A program made the translations under genes and the position numbers. The notes under the pieces are model-generated. The model was not told where the DNA came from and did not search any database. It saw only the letters and a program-made list of their open reading frames with translations. Shown piece after piece: positions 15,327 to 27,046 of a stretch of DNA of 64,000 bases; within the stretch, counting starts at the first letter, position 1; each line of letters starts with the position of its first letter. The DNA comes from a virus: IMG/VR virus record IMGVR_UViG_3300045988_159706; one strand, written 5' to 3'.

Positions 15327-15493
15327 TGGAGTACGAAATTATAATTCATGGTAAAGTTTCTACTAAAAATGTAGATAAATTCAAAGAATGTTTCGGAAAA
15401 GCATTAACAGATAGTGAATCCACCTTTAGGGGGAATACTTATATCTATGAATTTACAGAATACGAAGAGGTAAAAGATGATACAGAAAGCTAG
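15326..15493 (+). CDS. Small acidic hypothetical protein (55 aa)
   Basis: MEYEIIIHGKVSTKNVDKFKE... begins at a TAATG overlap. TAG stop. Below the ORF-track cutoff. Confidence 0.4.
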   Translation: MEYEIIIHGKVSTKNVDKFKECFGKALTDSESTFRGNTYIYEFTEYEEVKDDTES

Positions 15494-15890
15494 GGAATTT
15501 ACTGTTCCTATTCTTAATGTCAAAGTGTCAATCTTAATTGGAAGTCCACTATCCGTAGAAAGTTACCTTCAGGATGTTCATAACAAAGTATTCGGACATA
15601 GTGCACCAAATGTAGTTGCAGAAACCTTTTATTCTACTGAATCAGATGCTGATGAGTTTTTGTATATTGCATTATACGATGATACAGATATAAAAGATTC
15701 TGCATATAACGTTATACATGAATGTCTTCATGCTGCTCATAAAATCTGTACTTTCAGAGGAGTTGAGTTAGATGAAGAGTTTCTATGTTATTTGCAGGGA
15801 TTCTTAATTAACAAAGTATTTGAATGTTTGAATGCTGAACTGATGGTAGTTACAAACCATCAATTGACTGCGGAGGATACTCTGCAATAA
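15477..15890 (+). CDS. Hypothetical protein with HExxH motif
   Basis: VIHECLHAAHKI is a candidate zinc-metallopeptidase motif. 137 aa. Confidence 0.45.
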   Translation: MIQKAREFTVPILNVKVSILIGSPLSVESYLQDVHNKVFGHSAPNVVAETFYSTESDADEFLYIALYDDTDIKDSAYNVIHECLHAAHKICTFRGVELDEEFLCYLQGFLINKVFECLNAELMVVTNHQLTAEDTLQ

Positions 15891-16267
15891 TAACTCAAAA
15901 TGGTGAAGTTATAAAAAAACTTTACAGAGGTTATAGAAACACTACTAACAACCGTATGGAACTTCTAGGGGTCTTAGAATGTCTTAGATATTTTACAAAC
16001 CCTGAACAAATAACCATATATTCGGATTCTCAATATGTAGTATCGAGTATTAACAACAAGCATCTTACCAAGTGGGTTGAAGACAATGATCAATCCAAAA
16101 AGAATCTTGATTTGTGATATCCAATTTATGAATTATTGAAGTTTCATACGGTTACTTTTGTGTGAGTAAAAGGCCACAATAATAACAAATTTAATGAGTT
16201 AGCGGATTTATTTGCAACTCATGCAAGTGATTGTTTAGATCTACCAGAAGATAATGGTTCATTTTAA
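15824..16267 (+). CDS. rnhA: Ribonuclease HI
   Basis: Missed by the standard-code ORF track because it has three in-frame TGA codons. MFEC-W-TDGSY, TTNNRMELLGVLECL, IYSDSQYVV, KKNLDL-W(16115-16117)-YPIYELL and TFV-W(16163-16165)-VKGHNNNKFNELAD. The DEDD residues and both invariant RNase HI Trp positions are present. Confidence 0.85.
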
Positions 16268-16619
16268 GATTAAAAAAGTCGGAAATCACTGGTATCCATG
16301 TGTTAATCATGAATATGACAGTGACATATCGTTGGATCCAAAAATTGAGAAATATCTCAATAACTACTCTGTAAAATCTGGATATGTGGATGAAGTTACA
16401 ATAGAGTTGGAAGAGATTCCAATGATAACAGAAGATATTAATTTAATCTTCTTTAACGAGTCTGATATTACAAGATATTATACTACTGATGACGATTTCA
16501 ATCTTAGGTTTGAAATCAATGACCATGAATTTGAGATTGATGCATATTTATTTGGATGCTTTGAATTGCAATTCAATTTAAATTTTCATGAAAATCTCTA
16601 TAAATTACATATCTGGTAA
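16254..16619 (+). CDS. Hypothetical acidic protein
   Basis: 121-aa ORF with TAA stop. Confidence 0.55.
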   Translation: MVHFKIKKVGNHWYPCVNHEYDSDISLDPKIEKYLNNYSVKSGYVDEVTIELEEIPMITEDINLIFFNESDITRYYTTDDDFNLRFEINDHEFEIDAYLFGCFELQFNLNFHENLYKLHIW

Positions 16620-16816
16620 TGAAATATGAAATCAGGATAGTGCAGATTACTCCCAATGGTTGTTGTTTAGTATATGCTAAAGACTATGAGACCGATGAGG
16701 AAATTGAAGAGATGACAGTGTATAATAAGAAATTACGCTGTTTCATGACAAAGGAACGCAAAGACGATGAAATTAAAAACTGAGGCACAGGAATCAACAG
16801 AGAAATTAGATATTAA
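16619..16816 (+). CDS. Small hypothetical protein (54 aa to TGA, 65 aa to TAA)
   Basis: MKYEIRIVQITPNGCCLVYAKDYE... has TGA at 16781-16783, then 10 codons to TAA. Overlaps the next gene's start. Confidence 0.3.
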
Positions 16817-17342
16817 GAGAAGGAAGTGTACTTTATCTGAGAATATTCAAAAACTTTTACTGCGGCAATTAAAACACGAGCTGTATAATCATAACCTCTA
16901 TATGAGTTTTTCTAACTTTTATGGAGTGCAAGGATTAGCTGTTCTGGAACAGTATTATAAAGAACGTGCAGATGAGGAATATCATCATCATTCATGGATT
17001 CGTACATATATGAATGAGAATGATGCAGCATATATTTACCCTGATATTCCTGCCATTAGTGAAACTTTTGAAGATAATGTAACGCCATTTAAGTTAACTG
17101 TAGATAAGGAGATTCAAACAACTCAACTTATTTATGAAATTGTGGATGCAGCTCTTGAAGAGGGGGACTGGGCCACTTTTAATTGGCTAAATGGAGATAA
17201 CGATGAAACTGGACGACTTGTTCAAGAACAAGTTGAAGAAGAATCAATCTCACGTACTGCTCTAGATATTGCTATGGAGGAAGGTTCTTGGCTTCGTAAG
17301 GAGAAATCCATTATGAATGCTTATAAAGGAGATGTTGATTAA
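16767..17342 (+). CDS. Ferritin-like protein
   Basis: LKHELYNHNLYMSFSNFY...YKERADEEYHHHSWIRTY fits the ferritin di-iron helix pattern (E..Y...EE..H). Confidence 0.6.
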   Translation: MKLKTEAQESTEKLDIKRRKCTLSENIQKLLLRQLKHELYNHNLYMSFSNFYGVQGLAVLEQYYKERADEEYHHHSWIRTYMNENDAAYIYPDIPAISETFEDNVTPFKLTVDKEIQTTQLIYEIVDAALEEGDWATFNWLNGDNDETGRLVQEQVEEESISRTALDIAMEEGSWLRKEKSIMNAYKGDVD

Positions 17343-18072
17343 GTTACCCGAAGACATTAATGATCTATATTTCTGTGGTGATATTCATGGTAATTTAGAT
17401 TATTTAAAGTATTTTATAAATACAGGAGTTGGATTCCCACAAAAGATATTTAACTCCTGTATTGTTTTATGTGGAGATGTAGGATTAGGATTTTCTCCTG
17501 ATCTTGAAAGTATGAAGATCTCTTTCTTAAATAAGCTCTGCGAAAAAACTAATAATTATATTATCGCCATAAGAGGGAATCATGATGATCCTCAACAGTT
17601 TAAAAACCTTTATAACAAGAGATTCAAAGCGGTTGAAGATTATTCTGTAATTCAATATAAAGATAAAAATATCTTGTGTATTGGAGGTGGAACTTCTATA
17701 GATAGAATCTATAGAAAAAATAACAAATGGGGATATTGGGAAGATGAAAAGATTGTTGAGTTGGATAATTTTGATTCAATTCCATATTGTCAAATTATCG
17801 CATCCCATTGTGCTCCTACCTGTGCATACCCTTATGGAATAGGAAAGTTAGTAATGGAATTCTGTGATGGAGATGATTCATTACTGGAAGAATTACTTTG
17901 GGAGAGAAATTATCTTCAAACTTGCTACGAAGAAATGTCTAAAAAAGGACCAGTAGAAGATTGGTATTATGGGCATTACCATAGTACTATGGATACTACT
18001 GTAGATAATACGAGGTTTCATTTACTTGGTATTAATTACCTTTCTAGATATTGTTATAATGATTACAATTAA
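17317..18072 (+). CDS. Calcineurin-like metallophosphatase (Ser/Thr phosphatase-like)
   Basis: CGDIHGN, CGDVGLG, RGNHDDP and GHYH motifs appear in the canonical order. Confidence 0.75.
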   Translation: MLIKEMLIKLPEDINDLYFCGDIHGNLDYLKYFINTGVGFPQKIFNSCIVLCGDVGLGFSPDLESMKISFLNKLCEKTNNYIIAIRGNHDDPQQFKNLYNKRFKAVEDYSVIQYKDKNILCIGGGTSIDRIYRKNNKWGYWEDEKIVELDNFDSIPYCQIIASHCAPTCAYPYGIGKLVMEFCDGDDSLLEELLWERNYLQTCYEEMSKKGPVEDWYYGHYHSTMDTTVDNTRFHLLGINYLSRYCYNDYN

Positions 18073-18376
18073 ATGTTGTTTAGTTGCAGTTCAGACTGGA
18101 CAATATTCTAAATTGGTGTTTGAGGACCTTAATAGGGATCCTTGCGATGATTTAAAATATGTCACTGTTGTAATGCTTCCAAATTGAGACTATAAAGATA
18201 CTCTCAAAATTGGAGATACTGGATATCTGCAATTTGAAAGTGTAAAAGCTGGAGAAACTCAGTGATATAATAGAGAAATACAAGATTTTGCAGTTTATAA
18301 ATTTAATGCTAATTATTTTATAAACTTCATTAAACACAAAGAGATAAATAATATGAAAGAATTTAAGTTTGATTAA
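18059..18376 (+). CDS. Hypothetical protein (105 aa, two in-frame TGA)
   Basis: ATG at 18059: MITIKCCLVAVQTGQYSKLVFEDL...LPN-W-DYKD...ETQ-W-YNRE... ending at TAA 18374-18376. Invisible to the standard-code track. Confidence 0.5.
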
Positions 18377-18378
18377 AT

Positions 18379-19209
18379 ATGGATACAGAATTTGGAGCTA
18401 AGTTAAAGGAAGCTATAACGGCTAAAGACAATGATATTAATAGCTTGGTATGAAAAGACAAAACTGGTGTAAACATTCGTTTAATGGATATTTCCCAGAA
18501 TGAACTAAAGCGATATCATCGTCATTGCGAACAAATGCTAACTAACAGGGACATTTACAAACCTGGTAAATTAGTAATTCGTGAAAACATCCAAAAATGT
18601 TGAGATTCTTGTAATGCTGAATTGTTTGCAAGATATTTAATGCATGATTGTGAGACAGATATTAAAACCAATAAAGATCTACTTGACTTTATCAATGTCC
18701 AAAGAAAAGCAAATAATGTAGATGTGGAAGACAGTATTTCAGTTTTATTTACTGGACTTCCTCCTATCTATGAGAAAGTTACTGTAGGGAAGTTAATGGA
18801 TGTATGTTTTGATAAGCTTGATGTACTTAACAAAAAGATGATTACAGACAAGTTTATTATTGCGCAGGGAATCTGACTCACAGACGAAGAAAAACAAGAG
18901 CTCACAGAATTAGAAACAGGGGGTAAAATTAGAAATCGAATGGAAGTTATCAAGGAAAGACTTTGTCTTAATCCTGATATTAGACTGCGTGTAAGTCCTA
19001 CAGGACTTTCATTTGCTGAGTTTAGAGCTTTAATTCAACTTTCTGATCTCCCTAAAATATCTTCCTTGTCTACAATTGCTCTTAAAACTCTTAGAGACAA
19101 AGTTTTACTGCTTTTGGACAATGATCTTGATTATCATATCAATAAATGGATGAAAATTAAGAAGGATATTGAACGAGTAGCAGAATATAAAAACTGGAAT
19201 TTAGATTAG
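18379..19209 (+). CDS. Hypothetical protein (276 aa, three in-frame TGA)
   Basis: ATG at 18379 is in frame with ORFs 18622-18876 and 18940-19209. The junctions read SLV-W-KDK, QKC-W-DSC and QGI-W-LTDEE. Confidence 0.6.
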
Positions 19210-19234
19210 GTTCTGAAAATTAATTTTAGTAATT

Positions 19235-20173
19235 TTGGAACAAGTAAATACAACACTATTAAAAGCTCTATGCGAAATAGTACATCCTTCTAGACAGGAA
19301 CAGTCCATGATAACTTATATACTTAACTTCTGTTATACAATAGAAGGTATACAATTTGAAATGGATGATGAAAATAATCTTTTTATTACAAAAAATACTA
19401 CTAATCCAGCGGTATATCCTTGTCTAGTAGCACATATGGATGAAATTCTACATTATACAGGTGTAAAATGTGCAAAAATTAAAGGAAATAAAATTTATGG
19501 CTATTATAAGAAGACAGGAAAACAATGTGGACTTGGGTTAGATGACTGTTTTGGCATCTATATTTGTCTACATTGTTTATATTGCCTTCCAGACCTAAAA
19601 GTTTGTTTCACAACTCAAGAAGAAATGGGTTGTATAGGAGCAGAAATTGCAGGTTTAAATATTGATTTCTTTGATAATTGCAGATTCCTGTTACAAGCTG
19701 ATAGAATGGGAGGTCAAGATTTGATTACACATACTAATGGCATAGACATTACTTCAGATGAGTTTCTAGAAGATATAGATAGTCTTTTAGAAAAATATAA
19801 GTACAAAGAGGCACGAGGTACAATGACAGATGTTGGAACTTTAAAAGAAAACATTAATCTGTCTGCAGTTAATATTTCGTGCGGATATTATTGTGCTCAT
19901 ACACACAAAGAATATGGAAATTTAACGGAGTTAAATAATTGTTTAAATTTTATCTTAGAGATTATTAGGCTTAATGATAAAGTTTATGAACATACAGCTG
20001 ATCTTTCTGGATCATATGCAAGGTATTCAGATTTTGATTGGCCTCCTGGAGAATCTAGGCATGTTTATGCTTACCAAGATTCTGATGAAGCTTTCTATGA
20101 AAATCTTGCAGATAAGTGTTCCAACTGTAAGACTTATAGATGTGATGAGTGCGGTTACTATTGACGTGGCTAA
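19235..20173 (+). CDS. M42/M20-like metallopeptidase-fold protein with C-terminal zinc ribbon
   Basis: CLVAHMDEI, LDDCFGIY and TTQEEMGCIGA follow the H.D / D / EE metal-ligand order. C-terminal CSNCKTYRCDECGYY. TGA at 20162, then W-R-G and TAA overlapping the next ATG. Confidence 0.5.
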
Positions 20174-21393
20174 TGGACAAAACTCAACGTCAACGATTAG
20201 GCGTTCAAAAATGAATTAATAATAAAGGAAATGGGATTTGGGTTTGAAGTACTGGTGTTGGTAAATCATTTGGAGCTTTAATGGCTTGTGTGAAATTACT
20301 AAAAATTAGACCAGATGCTAAAATTCTAATTTCTGTACCTACAACAATTCTCAAGGAACAATGACTAAGAGACGTAGCTAAAACTAAATTCTTTGGAAAT
20401 GTTACTGTTGAGGTTATTAATTCTATTTTAAAAAAATCTTGAGAAGTTGATTTTCTAATAATTGATGAGCTTCATACTGCGGTATCGGAGCAGTCAATAA
20501 AAATATTTGATCAAGTTAAGTATGATTTCTTTCTGGGGCTTACAGCTACTTTAGAAAGACTTGATGGAAGAGAGGAATTACTATCTTTATATACTAGAGT
20601 AATTGATGTCATTACAACTGAAGAAGCAATAAAAAATGGATGATTATCGCCATTTAGGTATTACAAAGTTCTTGTGGAGGTTGATGACATGGATACTTAT
20701 TATGTAATGAACCAAAAGTTTAATTCAGTTTTTGCATTCTTTAATTTTGATTTCAGTTCTGCAATGAAATGTGCAACTGATTGAAAGTTCCGTAATAATT
20801 ACGCTTATAAGATGGGATATGATAGAAAGCAGGTTTTAAATGCTGCTATGGCGTGGATGCAATTAATGCAGAAGCGCAAAAAATTTGTTATGTCCCACCC
20901 TAAAAAGTTTGAAATAGCGAAAAAAATTATAGAAGCAAGAAAAGATAAAAAAATTATTACTTTTTCAGCCACTATTAAAGATGCGGAATCTTTAAAAGTT
21001 GGATATACTCTTCATAGCAAAAAGAAAAAACAAGAAAACTCAGAAACTATTGCATTGTTTAAGTCTCAATCTTCAGGGGTTCTTAATACATCTAAAGCAG
21101 CTAATGCAGGATTGGATTGCCCTGATATAAATTGTGAGATTAGAATTAGTGGAACTAGTTCTGGAATTGATGCAAGGCAGATTTTGGGAAGGGGATTGCG
21201 TTATGTTAATAATAAGATAACTGAAGTTTTTACTTTGGTTGTTAAAGGCACTAACGAAGAATCCTGGTTTAATAAGGCCCATCAAGGCATTTCATATATT
21301 ACTATCACTGAAGATCAACTTGACTTAGTTTTAAAAGGAGAAGAAGTAATCACAAGAAAACGAGATGATGTAATTACTAACTATAGATTTTAA
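20173..21393 (+). CDS. Superfamily 2 (DEAD/DEAH-like) helicase
   Basis: ATG at 20173 is in frame with ORF 20812-21393 through six TGA codons. STGVGKSFGAL (motif I), IIDELH (motif II), GLTATLER (motif III) and the helicase C domain (TSKAANAGLDCPD, QILGRGLR). Confidence 0.8.
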
Positions 21394-21458
21394 ACAGTAC
21401 TAAGTATCGTAATAACTGTAGGTACTTAGATTTGAATTTAACTTCCAAAACTATATAA

Positions 21459-22058
21459 ATGGAGTTAAATACAATACTTAACATAATGGCAGAATATCAT
21501 ATTAGTGCAGACGAACTGTTACTAATATGATTAACTCTCTATGCTCGGGATGAAGAAGGCCATTCTGAGCTTTTCTTAAAGTGGTGGACAGATTGTGAGG
21601 GAAAACAGAAACTGAAAACCATGTTTGAGAACCTAAAAGAAAAATCCATAATCAAGAAGAATTATAATCCAGAATCTTATGTTCCTAATGATATTGAATT
21701 TAATAAAAATTTTCTAAAGAAGTATTATAAACAATCAGGAGTTCTTGGAAAAGAGCTATTTGATAACTATGAACCATTTATCCAAATTAATGGAAAGATG
21801 GCCAGTCTTAGAAATATTGCTAAGAAATTTTATACTTTAGAGGAATTTTACTTTTATTATTCTTCTCAAATAGGACATAATCCAGAAAAGCATAAAGAGG
21901 TGATGGAAATTTTACGATGGGCTCGTGAAAACAAGCTTTGTAAAGTTTCTATTCTTGAGTTCGTTGCTTCTCATAAATGAAATGAATTTGCACAGATGAA
22001 GGCTGAAGGATTTAGTCCTGATGTTGGTACTTCTTTTGATGTTTATCAGGATTTTTAA
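21459..22058 (+). CDS. Hypothetical replication-module protein
   Basis: ATG at 21459 is in frame with ORF 21621-21980. Two TGA are read through (LLI-W-LTLY, SHK-W-NEF). TAA overlaps the next ATG. Confidence 0.55.
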
Positions 22059-23152
22059 TGGAGGATCTAAATTTACTTTGGCATTTAATTGAGCAAGGCA
22101 GAAAAGGGGAAAATAAAGGTTTGTCTGTAGGATTACCTAAATTAGACAAGATTATAGGTGGAATACAACCCTCGAGATACTATTGCATATCTGGAGCATC
22201 TTCTGCAGGTAAAACTGCTTTAGTTCTGTATTTCATATATCGGCTTTTTAAGGATTATCCTAAAGAACCTATATATCTTGTTTATTTTAGTTTGGAGATT
22301 GGTTCTGAAGTGCTACTAGCGAAGCTTATGGCTTTGTATTGTGCAGAAGAATTTGGAGTATATCTTACTATAAATGATATCCTTTCCTTTGATTCTATTC
22401 TCAGTGATTCTGATTATCAGTATCTAAAGAAGGCAAGAGACTGGATTGCAACTCTTGGTTCCAGGTTAATTATTCTTGATAAGGGTCTTAATGCTCGCAT
22501 TCTATATAAAGAGATTTGTGAGCTTATGAAGAAATTAGGTTCTATAGAAAATGTAGGAAATAAAGAAGTTTATGTTCCAAAACATCCTAGGCAAAGAGTA
22601 ATTGGAGTTATTGATCACATGTCATTAATTAGACCAGAAGAAGGAAGAACCTTAAAAGCTGAAATTGATTTAACTTCGTCTTTTATGGTTACACTAAAAC
22701 GTAAGTTTTATCTTTCTTGAATGGCTTTAATGCAGCAGAATAGAGAATCTTCTTCTATGGATAGAAGAAAAGCAGAACTTAATGAACCAGGTTTAAATGA
22801 CGTAAAGGATTCAGGAGGACCTGTTCAAGATAGTGATGTGGTTCTTCAACTATATTATCCTGCAAGAGACAAAATTCCAACATACCGAGAGTATAAAATT
22901 CTCGGACCTCATAGTTTAGCTGGAAGATTTAGAAGTATTATTGTATCTAAGAATAGATATGGTATTGCAGACAGAGTAATAGGATGTGGATTTTATGGAG
23001 AAGTTGGATGGTTTAAAGAACTTCCACTAGGAAGAGATATTACTGACTTCACAAAATATTTGGACATTAACGCTAACATTAGAGGTATAGATACAACTGT
23101 AGTAGGTACAGTAGAAATAGATAAGAACAACATCGTATATAGTTTATCATAA
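22058..23152 (+). CDS. DnaB-like replicative helicase (RecA-fold domain)
   Basis: ORFs 22058-22720 and 22721-23152 are joined by TGA 22718-22720. GASSAGKTAL (Walker A), VIDHMSLI (Walker B) and LS-W-MALMQQNRES (DnaB l.QLnR block). Confidence 0.8.
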
Positions 23153-23153
23153 T

Positions 23154-23891
23154 ATGTCTATTGTATTACCAACAGCGAAGGTTCCCGCTGAAACTCAGGA
23201 TCCTAAAAACTTAATTCTATTTGGACTTCCTAAAGTAGGAAAAACTACCATTCTTAGTACACTGGAAAATAATCTTATTCTTGACTTTGAAAATGGTTCT
23301 ACATATGTAGATGCTCTTAAAGTTAAGGTTTCTAGTTTAAAAGAGCTAAAAGAGGTTATTAAAGCTATCAAGGATGCAGGAAAGCCATATACTTATATTA
23401 CAATTGATACAATCACAGCCTTAGAAGAAATGACCAAAGATATGGCTCTTAAAATGTGGCAAAATTCTCCTCAGTTTACTACAAAGTATGAAATTAAGGA
23501 CGTTACACAAATTCCTAATGGAGCTGGATATAGTTTTTGAAGGCAGGCACTGGAAACAGTTATTGACTTAATTGCCTCTGCTGCTCCTAACTTAATTATT
23601 TGTGGTCACGTTAAAGATACAGCATTATCTGAAGGTCTTGATGGATCTGTAAAAGATCTTGATCTTGTAGGTAAAACTAAAAGGGTATTATCTGCTAAAT
23701 CTGATGCAATTGGATTTGTTCATCGTGATGAAGAATCTAATTTGTGTATCAATTTTGGTATGAATGGAGAAGTACTTTGTGGTGCTCGTCCTGCTCATTT
23801 GGCAAATAAAGATATCATTGTAGCTGAGTATCAAGAAGATGGTACATTTGTATCTCATTGGGAGAGAATCTATCCCTCTCTGTCTAAATAA
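23154..23891 (+). CDS. RecA-superfamily ATPase (Sak4/AAA_24-like recombination protein)
   Basis: LILFGLPKVGKTT is the Walker A motif. ORF 23154-23540 continues through TGA (GAGYSF-W-RQALE) to TAA at 23889-23891, including LIICGHVKD. Confidence 0.6.
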
Positions 23892-23896
23892 ATCAT

Positions 23897-24397
23897 ATGT
23901 TTAAAGTAACATTTGAATTTGATGAAACAACTAAGTCTATTAGTAACTTAAAGTGTGAGGAACTTAAGTCTTCAAAACCAAAGGTTAACTCTAATGGGCA
24001 ACCAATCATTGAAGTAGGAGAAAATAAGTTAATTATTTCTCCTGAAGCAGCCGCTCTAATCGGAGCAACTGCTGGAGATAGAATCTCAATTGCTTATTCT
24101 CAAAAATCTAATGAGGTAACTATTCCTCTTATTGGCAAATCTGAAATGTTTGCGGATAAAGATGCTGGGAACAAGCTAACTAAATCAAATACTGTTTCCT
24201 TTAAAGGTAAGCAAAGAACTATGCTATTACAGTATGGTTCTATATTCAAACTGGAACAAAGTACTAGAGATCAGGTATTTGACCTGATAGCAGTTACTGA
24301 AGATTCTAGTACAGAATTGGCTTCAGAGGAATTAAAAGAAGAGACTCTTGATTTAGATATAACAAATTTTGAAGAATTAGATAAATTACCTTTTTAA
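23897..24397 (+). CDS. Hypothetical protein with an SSB-like C-terminal tip (..EELDKLPF)
   Basis: 166 aa with an acidic C-terminus ending L-P-F, like the protein-recruiting tip of bacterial SSB (DDDIPF). Confidence 0.5.
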   Translation: MFKVTFEFDETTKSISNLKCEELKSSKPKVNSNGQPIIEVGENKLIISPEAAALIGATAGDRISIAYSQKSNEVTIPLIGKSEMFADKDAGNKLTKSNTVSFKGKQRTMLLQYGSIFKLEQSTRDQVFDLIAVTEDSSTELASEELKEETLDLDITNFEELDKLPF

Positions 24398-24412
24398 TAA
24401 AAAATAAATAAT

Positions 24413-25102
24413 ATGGGAATGTATGATGCTACCAGCGCGGCTCGTGCTGAGGTTAAACCCGCAGCGAGTTATTTGCGTGCAGGTATTCACAATGTAAGAT
24501 TCACTGGTGTTGAGAAAGGAACTAGCGAATATTCAACAATTGATTTTTCCTTTGAGGGTGTTGATGAAGGAGAAGTAGGTGCTCTTCATAATGAGCGTAT
24601 GTTCGAGCCTAAGTCCTCAGAACGTATGCCTAATCGTTTCAATTCAGCTATTACTGATCCTTCTCAGGCAGAACAGTTTATGTGTAAACTTATGCATATT
24701 ATTGCTGCACTAAATCCTGCTGCACATAAAAAGATTCAAGATGGGACTGCCAAGTTTGCACCAAGTGATTTCGACACTCTTATTAAACTGGTTAAGAAGA
24801 TTCTCGATCCAGTAGTTGGTACAGAGGTTCAGATTAAACTTCTGCCTAATGGTCGTTTCTGTGGTTTTCCAGGATTTCCTGCAAGAATCAGCAAGAATGG
24901 AGATCTCTTCTTGAGTACTTCATTCATTGGGCAGGATCTAACTTTATCTGCCTATGAAAAGGCACAAATTGATAAAGCAAACGCTGCTCAGCCTACTAAT
25001 ATGACTAATACTGGTTCTGAACTCGACAGCATGCGTCGTGATATTGATGAATTGGAAGAAGAGAGTTCCAGTTCAATTGATGACGACGATTTGCCTTTCT
25101 AA
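24413..25102 (+). CDS. Single-stranded DNA-binding-like protein with acidic DDDDLPF tail
   Basis: C-terminal SSSSIDDDDLPF. GC-richer codon usage. Located between the Sak4-like ATPase and the primase. Confidence 0.55.
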   Translation: MGMYDATSAARAEVKPAASYLRAGIHNVRFTGVEKGTSEYSTIDFSFEGVDEGEVGALHNERMFEPKSSERMPNRFNSAITDPSQAEQFMCKLMHIIAALNPAAHKKIQDGTAKFAPSDFDTLIKLVKKILDPVVGTEVQIKLLPNGRFCGFPGFPARISKNGDLFLSTSFIGQDLTLSAYEKAQIDKANAAQPTNMTNTGSELDSMRRDIDELEEESSSSIDDDDLPF

Positions 25103-25116
25103 ATTTAGAAGTTTAG

Positions 25117-26160
25117 ATGCAATTTACATTAGGACCGACCACTGTTACTAAAGAACTAATTCTGAACAGTGTAAGTGAAGAAACTTTAATGGAGCATTAT
25201 TTAGGAGTCCCTGTGAAAAAGGGACTCCTAAAATCTCCGTTAAGACAAGATAATAAACCCACTTGTGCTTTTTATAGAAACAAGAAAGGAGATCTTATAT
25301 TTAAGGACTTCCGTGGTGATTTTTCAGGTAATTTCATTTCGGTTGTAATGTATAAATTTCAATGCTCTTACGGAAAAGCCTTAAATATTATTGCTAATGA
25401 CTTTGGAATAGTCTCTCGACCTAAACTGCAAGTTAATCCCCCTCTTATTAAATATACAAATAAAAAGTTTGAGGAAACACAAGAAGCTATTATACAAATA
25501 GAAGTGAAGGATTTTGAACAGTATGAGTTAGATTGATGGCTAAAATTTGGAGTTACTAGAAAGATATTAAGGAAATTTAGAATATTTTCCTGTAAGAACG
25601 TTTTTCTAAATGGAAACATATTTCATCTTCATAAAGATAAACAATTAGTTTTTGGATATTTTGGAGGTATTCGAGAAGATATTGAACGCTGGAGAATATA
25701 TTTTCCTGGCAATACAAAGTATAAATTTATATCTAATTGAAAATCTTTTAGGTTGCAGGGAGCACATGCTCTTCCCAAAGAGGGAGGAGAATATCTTGCA
25801 ATTACTAAATCTTTAAAAGATGTTGCATGTTTATATAGTTGTGGTATTACAGCTATAGCCCCAATTTCTGAGAACTGTTTTGTTACAGAGGCTCAATTTG
25901 AAAGGCTAAGTAAAAAATTTAAAAAAATTATTCTTTTTTACGATAATGACTCTGCTGGAATAACTCACATGAATAAGTTTAGAAAACAATTTCCAGATGT
26001 TTATGTGTTATGAATCCCCCGTCATTTTGGCGCGAAAGATATTTCTGACTATTATAAGAAGTATGGTAGGGAAAAAACACTGAACTTAATCGAACAAGCT
26101 AAACTTAAGGTTAATGCCGAAGAAGAAAGAAGAAGAAAGTCCAAAGAAGAAGAGGTCTAA
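25117..26160 (+). CDS. DNA primase (TOPRIM-type)
   Basis: Four standard-code pieces share one frame and are joined by TGA at 25534, 25738 and 26011: YELD-W-WLKFGVT, FISN-W-KSF and YVL-W-IPRHFGAKDISDY. TOPRIM-like LAITKSLKDV and LFYDNDSAG. TAA at 26158-26160. Confidence 0.75.
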
Positions 26161-26509
26161 ATCATACTCTAGAACTAAAGGACATTCATATGAAACTAAA
26201 ATAGCTAAGGAACTTAGGGAATTAGGATACGAAGGAATTGTTACCTCCAGATCTGAATCTAAATCTACTGATGATAAGAAAGTAGATTTGATTGATACTC
26301 AAAACCAATTTCCTTACTATGTTCAGTTAAAGTGTACCCAGAATACTCCAGCATATCATCAAATAAGTGCAGAGTGTCCATTAAAGGATAAACCATTTAT
26401 TTTAATCTGAAATAAACAAGTTAAAAAGCAGACTAATATTTGCTCAGCTGGAGAAGTTGTTATTATTCCTAAAGAAGAATTTTATAAATTAATTAAATTG
26501 AAAGAGTAG
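26114..26509 (+). CDS. PD-(D/E)xK-type nuclease (Holliday junction resolvase-like)
   Basis: GHSYETKIAKELRELGYEG...KKVDLID...YYVQLKC fits E...D...(Q/E)xK. TGA at 26408 is read through to TAG at 26507-26509. Overlaps the primase 3' end in another frame. Confidence 0.5.
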
Positions 26510-26533
26510 AAGAGGGATCTTCTGCTCTTTTTT
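26503..26533 (+). terminator. Strong intrinsic terminator hairpin
   Basis: 11-bp stem AGAGTAGAAGA / TCTTCTGCTCT with loop GGGA, followed by TTTTT. It ends 5 nt before the ATG of the paralog array. Confidence 0.75.
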
Positions 26534-26538
26534 GTTAT

Positions 26539-27045
26539 ATGAAAACATTATTTGTATTTCAAATTCAATCATTTACTAATGTGGTTACAAATAGTTCTAG
26601 TGAGCTGTTTGTATTTACTGGAACCACTGAAGTTGTAAGTGATATATTAGATTCTAATGTTCCAGGATGGGAACACGAATATGATGACCCACAGTCAGTA
26701 CAGGATTTAAGTCCCAGCTCTTTAGAAACTTATCTTTCTTATGCTTACAACAATTATGATTGGAACTGGGACAATAAACGAATAACTAGAGAAACAAGTA
26801 GACAAACTCGTTGGGCTAGAGAATTTAATATTGACCCAAATGATCTTTACAAAAATTATAAAGAGTGGGATCCAAATTCTGAAAAATGGGAAATTTCTCA
26901 ATTACAACTCAAAGAAGGTTGGGATAAACTCATTAAACAGAAACTTAATCCAAACTTAGTTTTTGTTTTTTCAAAGGGTGAAAATCCAAATTGGGAGCGC
27001 CAAGAAGAGATGATGACCTTTGGTTCCCGCTATCATTTAGGATAA
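26539..27045 (+). CDS. Paralog P1 of the ITNSSSE-motif family (168 aa)
   Basis: N-terminal FVFQIQSFTNVVTNSSSELFVF is shared with the next three ORFs. The C-terminus is Trp/Asn-rich and unrelated to the others. Confidence 0.65.
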   Translation: MKTLFVFQIQSFTNVVTNSSSELFVFTGTTEVVSDILDSNVPGWEHEYDDPQSVQDLSPSSLETYLSYAYNNYDWNWDNKRITRETSRQTRWAREFNIDPNDLYKNYKEWDPNSEKWEISQLQLKEGWDKLIKQKLNPNLVFVFSKGENPNWERQEEMMTFGSRYHLG

Positions 27046-27046
27046 T

